A DNA stretch of 39,348 nt from Candidatus Azambacteria bacterium (GTDB lineage: Bacteria > Patescibacteriota > Minisyncoccia > GWC2-36-17 > WO2-46-25), in the NCBI GenBank assembly GCA_024654415.1, contig JANLHQ010000091.1:1-39348 (forward strand), in the 5' to 3' direction. The notes under the pieces are model-generated. The model was not told the DNA's origin. It made no database searches and saw only the letters and a program-made list of their open reading frames with translations. A program made the position numbers and the translations under genes. Shown here piece after piece: positions 17,663 to 25,339 of this stretch (the first letter of the stretch is position 1; the number at the start of each line of letters is the position of its first letter).

Positions 17663-17687
17663 GTCCCTTTCATAAGGGATTTTTATT
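17663..17687 (+). terminator. Attenuator-like hairpin plus T-tract between the leader ORF and the operon
   Basis: GTCCCTT-tcat-AAGGGAT-TTTTATT, preceded by a longer imperfect hairpin at 17611-17656. Confidence 0.45.
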
Positions 17688-17706
17688 CGTTATCATTAAC
17701 AAATAT

Positions 17707-18219
17707 ATGAAAAATAAAGCGCAAGGTATTATTTTTGGAGTCGTCGCGACAGTGGCTGTTGCTGGCATCATCTTCTTTATATGGAGCACATCTCAAAGAA
17801 GTGAAACGGTAGCACCGAACGAGTGGAGCGGAAGCGCGCTTACCGCCCAAGAGCAATTTGTTGATTTTGGTACTATTTCAATGACAGCAGGCAAGGTGCG
17901 TAATTCTTTTGCAGTACGAAACGATGGTACGGAGCCCGTTGCAATCACAAAAATCGTTACATCTTGTATGTGTACAGAGGCAACTCTTACAGCAGGTGGC
18001 AAGAGCTTTGGCCCATTTGGAATGGCGGGGCATGGAGCATTGCGGAGTATACGCCAAGAAGTTATGCCGGGAGAGACAGTTGAGCTGGAGGCGGAGTTCG
18101 ATCCTGCCGCACATGGCCCCTCGGGTACGGGGAAAATACGACGCGTCGTATATGTAGAAACGAATTCTCAGACAAACCCAAAACTGGAGTTCTCATTTGA
18201 AGCAAACGTTACAAAATAA
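17707..18219 (+). CDS. Membrane-anchored DUF1573 (Ig-like) protein
   Basis: DFGTISM...FAVRNDG...IVTSCMCT...FGMAGHG...FDPAAHGPSGTG. Confidence 0.8.
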   Translation: MKNKAQGIIFGVVATVAVAGIIFFIWSTSQRSETVAPNEWSGSALTAQEQFVDFGTISMTAGKVRNSFAVRNDGTEPVAITKIVTSCMCTEATLTAGGKSFGPFGMAGHGALRSIRQEVMPGETVELEAEFDPAAHGPSGTGKIRRVVYVETNSQTNPKLEFSFEANVTK

Positions 18220-18223
18220 TCAT

Positions 18224-18772
18224 ATGGATAAAAATACAAAACTTACCATTATTATTGTTGCCGCAATTCTTCTTGCGCTTGCCGTGTTCGGTGTTATCGC
18301 AACAGACATGAAAGACCGACTTGGAAGAATTGAACGGCAACTTGAGCATCTCGATGAAGAGGTAGATGAGGTGGGGGTAAACGTGAAACGCCTCACCGGG
18401 AAGATCACTGCACCGCAAGACGTATCTATAGAAAAACAAGGGCAGTTGCCTCGCGCAGAGCTCGATGTGCGGGAATATGACTTCGGGAAGATTACAAAAA
18501 TCGCCGGCATCGTGAACACAAAATTCACCATACGCAACACGGGTGAAAGTGCGCTCACAATCGGGGAAATGCTGACGTCATGCAGTTGCACCTCAGCAAC
18601 AACGGACAAAATAAGCGTGCCTGCGGGCGAAAGCGCCAGCATCACCGTTGCCTTTGATCCAAACTTCCACGAAGAGCCGCAGGGACGTTTTTTTCGCTCG
18701 GTGTTCATCCCTACGAACGATCCTGCAAATCAAGAGATCGAGCTAAAGATTTATGTTGAAATAATTAACTAA
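18224..18772 (+). CDS. Membrane-anchored DUF1573 protein with coiled-coil stalk
   Basis: Start at ATG 18224; TM, coiled coil, YDFGKI...FTIRNTG...TSCSCT...FDPNFH...PTNDP. Confidence 0.8.
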   Translation: MDKNTKLTIIIVAAILLALAVFGVIATDMKDRLGRIERQLEHLDEEVDEVGVNVKRLTGKITAPQDVSIEKQGQLPRAELDVREYDFGKITKIAGIVNTKFTIRNTGESALTIGEMLTSCSCTSATTDKISVPAGESASITVAFDPNFHEEPQGRFFRSVFIPTNDPANQEIELKIYVEIIN

Positions 18773-18785
18773 ACACTAAAACACC

Positions 18786-19805
18786 ATGGAAATCCAGAAC
18801 GAACACAATACACCAGAGGAAATAACAATACCTCCTACAGACCATATTCTTTCAAGCACTGAATCACACCAAGAGCTCTTACTGGAGGGTAAAAAGACCA
18901 CATTCTGGAAATGGGTCGCTATTGGATTTATTTTCGTCTTTGCAATGAATCTGTTGTTTGAGATCTCTATCACGATACGACCACGTTTTTATTCCTCCAC
19001 GCCACGAGTTACCACTGACTATGAGACACCTGCCGAACAGCAAACCGAGGCGACACTTACTGCATCAGTACTCCCGGCTGCGGGTGTTACGCTTCCGGTG
19101 CGCTGGGGCGACCTTGGCAAACAAATGGTGGATGCAGGCGTAATTGATGGCGCAAAATTTGAAGCAACCTATGCACAACGTGGGGGGCTCGATGAAAATG
19201 CAAAACAACTACTCTACGGAGCACAAAATGGCGCGCTCGTGATCACCGAACAAAATTCCGGGATCTTACTCAACCTTCTGTGGGCACTCGGGCTTGGTAA
19301 TAAAAATGAAATTCTGGAAAAAGGACCTATGACAGATAAGCAGTATGGTGGCGCGGATAAGTTTGCATCAACTGGCGGATGGACGCTCGCAAAAGGCAAC
19401 GTGATGAACCACTACAGCATGCATGCATTTATGACTCTTACGTCAGACCAACAAGCACTCGTAGCGCGCGTATCTCAGAACATCTATCGTCCGTGTTGCG
19501 GGAACTCTGTCTATTTCCCCGACTGCAATCACGGCATGGCGATGCTTGGCCTCCTTGAGTTGATGGCATCCCAAGGCGCTTCAGAGCAGCAAATGTATAA
19601 AACTGCGCTTGCGGTAAACGCATACTGGTTCCCTGACACCTACACTGCTATTGCAAAATATTTCGCAAAACGCGGCGTCGCGTGGGCAAACATTGACCCT
19701 AAAGAAGCGCTTGGCGCGGCATATTCAAGCGCGCAGGGCTATCGCCAGATCCTTACTGAAGTTGAACCATCCACGCCAAAAGGTGGTGGCGGATGCGGAG
19801 TATAA
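18786..19805 (+). CDS. Conserved-looking hypothetical membrane-anchored Cys/His protein
   Basis: TM helix, LNLLWALGLGN, FASTGGWTL, IYRPCCGNSVYFPDCNHGMA, C-terminal GGGGCGV. Confidence 0.75.
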   Translation: MEIQNEHNTPEEITIPPTDHILSSTESHQELLLEGKKTTFWKWVAIGFIFVFAMNLLFEISITIRPRFYSSTPRVTTDYETPAEQQTEATLTASVLPAAGVTLPVRWGDLGKQMVDAGVIDGAKFEATYAQRGGLDENAKQLLYGAQNGALVITEQNSGILLNLLWALGLGNKNEILEKGPMTDKQYGGADKFASTGGWTLAKGNVMNHYSMHAFMTLTSDQQALVARVSQNIYRPCCGNSVYFPDCNHGMAMLGLLELMASQGASEQQMYKTALAVNAYWFPDTYTAIAKYFAKRGVAWANIDPKEALGAAYSSAQGYRQILTEVEPSTPKGGGGCGV

Positions 19806-19904
19806 TAGATCAAATACTCATCCCCTCCTTCGCGTCGCACAACATACAGTGTCGCGAAGGATAGGGTTTGAATAAATTTTAACCACCGTATCAAATGTAC
19901 ACCA

Positions 19905-20648
19905 ATGGAACATGAACCGTTCGAGAAAAATATATCGCTCACACAACAAAGAAGTGGGCGCATACTTGTAATCGCCATTCTTATTGCTGGGGTGATGATC
20001 AGTGGGGCAATTTATTTCGCAGGAAAATCAGAAAAGCCAAATGCCGCACAACAAACGACGCCTTCATTCGGAGGAGAGTCGCTAGAAAATATAAAACCCG
20101 TAGGGAGTGCTGATCATATTCGGGGCAACCCAAATGCGCCAATCAAAATAGTGGAATTTTCTGATCCCGAGTGTCCATTCTGCAAACGCTTCCATATAAC
20201 TATGCAGCAAATAATGCGTGAATACGGCGCGAGCGGGCAAGTTGCCTGGATATATCGACAATTCCCTATAGATCAAATTCATTCGCTGGCTCGCAAGGAA
20301 ACAGAGGCAACCGAGTGCGCAGGAGGGATTGGCGGTAATGATACGTTCTGGGAGTACTTAGATCGCTTACTTGAAATAACCCCATCAAACAATAATCTTG
20401 ACCCTCAAGAACTACTGCGGATCGCAGACTATGTGCGTATAGATCGTGGTCAGTTTGAAGAATGCCTTCAGCGCGGAAACTATGCCCAACACATACAAGA
20501 TGATGTGGATGATGCAATACGCTCAGGAGGAACCGGCACCCCTTATAGCATCGTCATAGCAAAAAATGGCAAAAAATTCGTGATCAATGGAGCTCAGCCA
20601 TACTCGGTAGTAAAAGCCATACTTGACGTAGCGCTTCAAGAAAAATAA
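19905..20648 (+). CDS. DsbA/BdbD-family thiol-disulfide oxidoreductase
   Basis: N-terminal TM, DHIRGNPNAPIKIVEFSDPECPFC, GTGTP, INGAQP. Confidence 0.92.
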   Translation: MEHEPFEKNISLTQQRSGRILVIAILIAGVMISGAIYFAGKSEKPNAAQQTTPSFGGESLENIKPVGSADHIRGNPNAPIKIVEFSDPECPFCKRFHITMQQIMREYGASGQVAWIYRQFPIDQIHSLARKETEATECAGGIGGNDTFWEYLDRLLEITPSNNNLDPQELLRIADYVRIDRGQFEECLQRGNYAQHIQDDVDDAIRSGGTGTPYSIVIAKNGKKFVINGAQPYSVVKAILDVALQEK

Positions 20649-20650
20649 AC

Positions 20651-21238
20651 ATGCACGACACGCGCAAACAAAGCAAGATAGAAGTTATGATAACCGCAAT
20701 GAAAGAGGTGTTTCACCATAACGCCCACATTCTTCTTGCCGCGGGAGCGAGTAGCGCAATACTTCTTCTTGTGTTGTGGCTGCCCCACAGCACGCTCATA
20801 GCTCAAATAGCCCGTGATACGCACATCCCTACAATCACAAAGGTAAAAATTCCACTACTTCTCCTTGGGGGTATCCGTACAAACTTTAGTTATTTTTCTG
20901 CGTCTTATACCATAGCAATTTCTATTCTCTTTGGTATGAATCTCGCGATGATCACATATCTTTTCAGAAAAAGAAAACCGGTGATCCAGCAGGGTGGCAT
21001 AGCTGTAGGATTTGGAGGCATGGTAAGTGGCGTATTAGGCGTTGGCTGTGCCGCGTGTGGATCGCTCGTGCTTACCAGTATTCTTTCGGTAGCGGGTGCT
21101 TCAAGCGTACTGGTATTTCTCCCCCTTCAAGGATCAGAGTTAGGAATTATAAGTATCGTGCTCCTTATAGTCTCGCTTTTTTTCGTATCTCGAGAAATAA
21201 TCACCCCATTACAATGTAAAATAGACGCACCCTTATGA
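20651..21238 (+). CDS. Four-TM membrane protein with intramembrane CxxC (GCAACG)
   Basis: Hydrophobic segments, GVGCAACGS, LPLQGSE, C-terminal CK. Confidence 0.75.
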   Translation: MHDTRKQSKIEVMITAMKEVFHHNAHILLAAGASSAILLLVLWLPHSTLIAQIARDTHIPTITKVKIPLLLLGGIRTNFSYFSASYTIAISILFGMNLAMITYLFRKRKPVIQQGGIAVGFGGMVSGVLGVGCAACGSLVLTSILSVAGASSVLVFLPLQGSELGIISIVLLIVSLFFVSREIITPLQCKIDAPL

Positions 21239-21672
21239 AAAACAAAATAATTATTCTTATAGGCGCTACAATTGTTCTTCTTATTGGCTTTGTGATACTC
21301 CGTGCCCCATTACGAAACACACCGTCACCAGCACAAAACACAGGGATGGAAAAACCTGGGTTTAGCGCCCTCTCGAGTACAGAACTTGCATCAATGCTCG
21401 AAAAGAAAGATTTCTTTTTGGTAAACGTCCACATTCCGCAAAATGAAGAGATTCGTGGTACCGATGCTTTTATCGCGTTCGACGAAATAAAAGAAAATCT
21501 TGCACTGTTACCACAAGATAAAAGCGAAAAAATCGTGCTCTATTGCAGAAGTGGTAGTATGAGCGACATAGCAGCGCAAGAACTGGCTGGATTGGGTTAC
21601 ACCAACGTATTTTCCTTATCCGGCGGAATGAATGCTTGGAAAGAAAGTGGGCGTGCAGTGTATCCACGGTAA
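21235..21672 (+). CDS. Membrane-anchored rhodanese-domain protein
   Basis: IVLYCRSGSMS active-site loop, LGYTNVFSLSGGMNAW. Confidence 0.9.
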   Translation: MKNKIIILIGATIVLLIGFVILRAPLRNTPSPAQNTGMEKPGFSALSSTELASMLEKKDFFLVNVHIPQNEEIRGTDAFIAFDEIKENLALLPQDKSEKIVLYCRSGSMSDIAAQELAGLGYTNVFSLSGGMNAWKESGRAVYPR

Positions 21673-21682
21673 TCGCATATAT

Positions 21683-21883
21683 ATGGACAACCATACACGT
21701 CATAACGATACAACGGCATACGCATGCCTGATGCATCCGGAGATCCGGCGGCCACCACCGCGAAGGAGTCCTATCATTCGCTTCGATATCCCCTTTTCCG
21801 CAATTGATCACGCTAAAGATTCGCGCGATCGGCGGCATTACCGAACAGATCTTCACGTGGGAAATAAAATAGATCGCACATAA
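21683..21883 (+). pseudogene. Chimeric remnant: heavy-metal-binding (CxMHP) gene start joined out of frame to the 3' end of another gene
   Basis: MDNHTRHN..AYACLMHPEIRR then non-conserved-looking sequence; a shifted frame at 21747-21872 reads GGHHREGVLSF...TLKIRAIGG...FTWEIK*. Confidence 0.55.
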
Positions 21884-22290
21884 AAATCAAAAAAGGTCGA
21901 AAGAATAAATGTAACTAATTATCAATAAATTACTATGAAACTTAACGCACAAAAATTCGCGCTTGCCGCGACCATTACAATGGGTATCGCGTACGCACTC
22001 TGCGCAGCATTTACCGCACTAAGCCCCGACCTTGCCATGAAGTTCTTGGGTTGGATCATCCATCTCACCAATGTTGATAAATTCACCTCAATTGAAGTGA
22101 CGCTGGGAAGCTTTATCGCCAGTCTTGTACCCATCCTTGTGTATACATACGCAGGGACATATCTATTCGCATCGTTATATAATAGATTCACGCAACAAAA
22201 CGCATAGTATATGGAACACAAGCACGAAAATGCCGCTCAAAACGAAGCGGGAATAGTTTATACCTGCCCAATGCATCCGGAGATCCGGCG
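21731..22290 (+). repeat. 20-bp exact direct repeat ATGCATCCGGAGATCCGGCG at 21731-21750 and 22271-22290
   Basis: Read directly; both copies encode MHPEIRR. Confidence 0.85.
21935..22207 (+). CDS. Small two-TM membrane protein (DUF5676-like)
   Basis: MKLNAQKFALA...YALCAAF...IIH...FASLYNRF pattern, directly before a copper ATPase. Confidence 0.7.
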   Translation: MKLNAQKFALAATITMGIAYALCAAFTALSPDLAMKFLGWIIHLTNVDKFTSIEVTLGSFIASLVPILVYTYAGTYLFASLYNRFTQQNA

Positions 22291-24370
22291 TACTGCACCG
22301 GGAATGTGTCCTGAATGCGGTATGAATCTTGTTCCCGTCAAAGAGAAAAAAACGGACGCGGATCACAGCACACACGACCACGCGGAGAAAAAAACCTCTA
22401 TGGGAGCAGGCAAACACGCCGGCCATAGCACCGCGATGTTTTTTAGGAAATTCTGGATAAGCTTGGTCCTCACGATCCCGGTCGTGCTGTATGCCGATGT
22501 CATCGAGAAAATTTTTAAATGGTCTCCACCCGAATTTCCCGGATCACACTACATGCCCTTAGTGCTTGGCTCTATCGTATTCTTCTATGGCGGATGGATC
22601 TTTCTTGCCGGAGCACAAAGAGAACTCAAAGCCCGCTTGCCGGGCATGATGACGCTTATCGGTATTGCCATCTCGGCGGCATACCTCTGGAGCATATATG
22701 CGGTGTTTGCCGGCGTGGAAGCGTTGTTTTGGGAGCTCACTACGCTGATCACCGTTATGCTTCTCGGTCATTGGCTCGAGATGCGCGCAGTGTCGGGAGC
22801 GCAAGGCGCGCTGAAGGAATTATCAAAACTGCTTCCAGACACTGCCGAGGTGATCCGCAATGACAAAACAGAAACAATCCCTCTCTCCGAGCTTCGGGAG
22901 AACGACACGGTTCTCGTAAAACCGGGGACCAAGATCCCCGCCGACGGCGCAATTATAGACGGCGTATCGGACGTGAACGAATCAATGGTCACTGGAGAAT
23001 CAAAGCCGGTTTCCAAAAAAGAAGGCGACCAAGTCATTGCCGGAACGATCAACGGCGATGGCGCGTTGAAGATACGCGTTTCGAACATCGGCGAAAAAAC
23101 ATTTCTTGCAGGAATCATGCGCTTGGTTGCCGAGGCGCAAGCGTCGAAATCACGGCTTCAAATGCTTTCAGACAAAGCCGCGCTTTATTTGACGATAATC
23201 GCGGTTGCGGGTGGGCTTATCACCATGACTGCGTGGCTTGTTGCCGGCGCAGATATCGCTTTTGCTGTTGCGCGGCTTGTGGCGGTGCTTGTCATCGCCT
23301 GCCCTCATGCACTAGGGCTTGCCGTACCGCTTGTCGCCTCGATCTCAACAACCAAAGCGGCGCATAACGGCGTTCTGGTGAAGCAACGGATCGCGCTGGA
23401 AGCGGCGCGTACCATCGATACGGTGCTCTTTGATAAGACTGGAACGCTCACCAAAGGCGATTTCGGGGTTGTGGCAATATGGAATGCGAACGGTCACAGC
23501 ACGAATGAGGTTTTGGAGCTGGCCGCTTCACTTGACGCGCTATCGGAACATCCGATCTCAAAAGCCATTGTTGCCAAAGCAAAAGAACAGAAACTCCCGC
23601 TCAAAGAACCAAGAAAATTTGAAGCATTAAAGGGCAGAGGGGTCAAAGCGTTCATTGAAGAGAAGGAAATAATGGTGGGGGGACCGGCACTGCTTGAAAG
23701 CATCGGCATTATTATTCCCGAAGAACTTTCAGGGCCGGTCAAGGACGCCGGCATGAAGGGGCACACCGTCGTCTTTGCGATACAAGACCGAATACTTCTT
23801 GGAGCGATTGCGCTTGCCGATATCATCCGCGAAGAATCACGGGAAGCGATCAAAGCGCTTAAAGAAATGAATGTGGCGACGGCGATGATCACGGGCGATT
23901 CCGATGATGTAGCCAAATGGGTCAGTAAAGAACTTGGCATCGACGAGTATTTTGCACGCGTACTCCCCCATCAAAAATCAGAAAAAGTGAAGGAACTTCA
24001 AAAGCGGGGGCTCAAGGTCGCTATGGTCGGCGACGGCATCAACGATGCGCCGGCACTCACACAGGCCGATCTTGGCATCGCGATCGGCGCGGGCACGAAC
24101 GTGGCCATTGAGTCGGCTGGCATCATTTTGGTTCGCAATGATCCGCGGGATATTGTAAAAATAATCACGCTGTCCAAATTGACCTACGCAAAAATGATCC
24201 AGAATCTTTTTTGGGCAACCGGGTACAATGTCGTCGCGCTCCCGCTCGCGGCCGGGGTCCTCGCTTTCAAAGGCATTCTCCTTCAGCCGGCGCTTGCCGC
24301 CGTACTCATGTCGGCAAGCACGGTTATCGTTGCGATCAACGCGCTCCTTCTTCGGCGGAAACAGTTATAA
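22211..24370 (+). CDS. copB: Copper-translocating P1B-type ATPase (CPH motif, CopB-like)
   Basis: N-terminal YTCPMHP..CPECGM plus His-rich stretch, TGES, IACPHALGLA, DKTGT, SEHP, GDGINDAPAL, GYN, MSAST. Confidence 0.93.
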   Translation: MEHKHENAAQNEAGIVYTCPMHPEIRRTAPGMCPECGMNLVPVKEKKTDADHSTHDHAEKKTSMGAGKHAGHSTAMFFRKFWISLVLTIPVVLYADVIEKIFKWSPPEFPGSHYMPLVLGSIVFFYGGWIFLAGAQRELKARLPGMMTLIGIAISAAYLWSIYAVFAGVEALFWELTTLITVMLLGHWLEMRAVSGAQGALKELSKLLPDTAEVIRNDKTETIPLSELRENDTVLVKPGTKIPADGAIIDGVSDVNESMVTGESKPVSKKEGDQVIAGTINGDGALKIRVSNIGEKTFLAGIMRLVAEAQASKSRLQMLSDKAALYLTIIAVAGGLITMTAWLVAGADIAFAVARLVAVLVIACPHALGLAVPLVASISTTKAAHNGVLVKQRIALEAARTIDTVLFDKTGTLTKGDFGVVAIWNANGHSTNEVLELAASLDALSEHPISKAIVAKAKEQKLPLKEPRKFEALKGRGVKAFIEEKEIMVGGPALLESIGIIIPEELSGPVKDAGMKGHTVVFAIQDRILLGAIALADIIREESREAIKALKEMNVATAMITGDSDDVAKWVSKELGIDEYFARVLPHQKSEKVKELQKRGLKVAMVGDGINDAPALTQADLGIAIGAGTNVAIESAGIILVRNDPRDIVKIITLSKLTYAKMIQNLFWATGYNVVALPLAAGVLAFKGILLQPALAAVLMSASTVIVAINALLLRRKQL

Positions 24371-24397
24371 TAAAAAAGCCACAATCTTCCCCTTCTT

Positions 24398-24431
24398 GTC
24401 ACAAAATCCCGCATATGCGGGATTTTGTGAC
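24398..24431. repeat. Perfect 34-bp palindrome downstream of copB
   Basis: GTCACAAAATCCCGCAT|ATGCGGGATTTTGTGAC, no spacer. Confidence 0.9.
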
Positions 24432-24452
24432 TCCTTACCCATTACCCTTGGC

Positions 24453-24481
24453 TTGACAGAGATGTGTTTTTACTATATGAT
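24453..24481 (+). promoter_or_regulatory. Sigma70 promoter of the repeat-protein gene
   Basis: TTGACA-17 nt-TATGAT; SD AAAGGAGG before ATG 24555. Confidence 0.75.
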
Positions 24482-24554
24482 ATGCAACAAGAAAAAATAA
24501 GTGCTGTTCTTTAAAACAATCATTCAAACGCTCATGTGAGCGAAAGGAGGACAA

Positions 24555-24965
24555 ATGGAAAAAGAGAGGATTTTAAAGCAGTTGTCTATATGCACCCAGA
24601 GGCGCGGGAACTGGGACAAAGTAAAAGGAATACACGAGGGGGTATTTGGGGATGCTTCCAATATCAGGGGTGATGTCTCCGGTATCAGGGGTGATGTCTC
24701 CCATATCAGTGGTTGCGTCTCCGATATCAGTGGTGATGTCTCCGGTATCAGGGGTGATGTCTCCCATATCAGTGGTTGCGTCTCCGATATCAGTGGTGAT
24801 GTCTCCCATATCAGTGGTAGCGTCTCCAGTATCAGTGGTGATGTCTCCCATATCAGTGGTAACGTCTTCTGTATCCATGGTGATGTCTCCGGTATCATAG
24901 GTGATGTCACCGGTATCAGTGGTAACGTCTCGGAGATCGTTAAGATACTAACCTCAAAAGCATGA
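24555..24965 (+). CDS. Heptapeptide-repeat protein (I-S/R-G-x-V-S-x)n, likely beta-solenoid
   Basis: The only one of the overlapping open frames with promoter, SD and terminator. Confidence 0.75.
   Translation: MEKERILKQLSICTQRRGNWDKVKGIHEGVFGDASNIRGDVSGIRGDVSHISGCVSDISGDVSGIRGDVSHISGCVSDISGDVSHISGSVSSISGDVSHISGNVFCIHGDVSGIIGDVTGISGNVSEIVKILTSKA
24663..24935 (+). repeat. 13 tandem copies of a 21-bp unit (consensus ATCAGTGGTGATGTCTCCNNT)
   Basis: Units counted by hand; one more degenerate copy at 24642-24662. Confidence 0.92.
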
Positions 24966-24979
24966 TAGTTTACACGCCG

Positions 24980-25017
24980 AGCCGGTGTCTGAATAATCAG
25001 ACCCGGCTTTTTGTTTT
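24980..25017 (+). terminator. Intrinsic terminator after the repeat-protein gene
   Basis: AGCCGG-T-GTCTGA-ataa-TCAGAC-CCGGCT followed by TTTTGTTTT. Confidence 0.7.
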
Positions 25018-25069
25018 GTATAAAAATATAACGTATACTTGGGGGTGAGAATTATTAACACCTTGCGCT

Positions 25070-25339
25070 ATGCCAAAAATAAAAAAGATCGTTGTGGATA
25101 GGAATTTATGCATCGGCGCGGCGAGCTGTGTGCTTTCAGCCGACACCGTGTTTGAACTCGACGCGGAGAACAAAGCGATCATGAAGCTCAAAGGCGGCGT
25201 GAAAAGCGCCGACCCCGCAGAAAAAACAACGCTCGAAGACGACGCGGTCGCAGACGATACGCTCCTTACCGCGGCGCAATCATGCCCCACGCGCGCGATA
25301 TTTCTTTATGACGAAGACGGCACACAGGTGTACCCGTAA
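25070..25339 (+). CDS. Ferredoxin, mono-cluster, probably [3Fe-4S]
   Basis: VDRNLCIGAASC...AAQSCPTRAI; Ala replaces the second Cys of CxxCxxC. Confidence 0.88.
   Translation: MPKIKKIVVDRNLCIGAASCVLSADTVFELDAENKAIMKLKGGVKSADPAEKTTLEDDAVADDTLLTAAQSCPTRAIFLYDEDGTQVYP

Noticed and set aside
24524..24910. Alternative ORFs over the tandem repeat (24524-24910 -, 24573-24878 -, 24646-24900 +)
   Set aside because: Open only because the repeat lacks stops; promoter, SD and terminator support 24555-24965.
24663..24935. Possible CRISPR array
   Set aside because: Units are contiguous 21-mers without unique spacers, keep a reading frame, and no cas genes are present.
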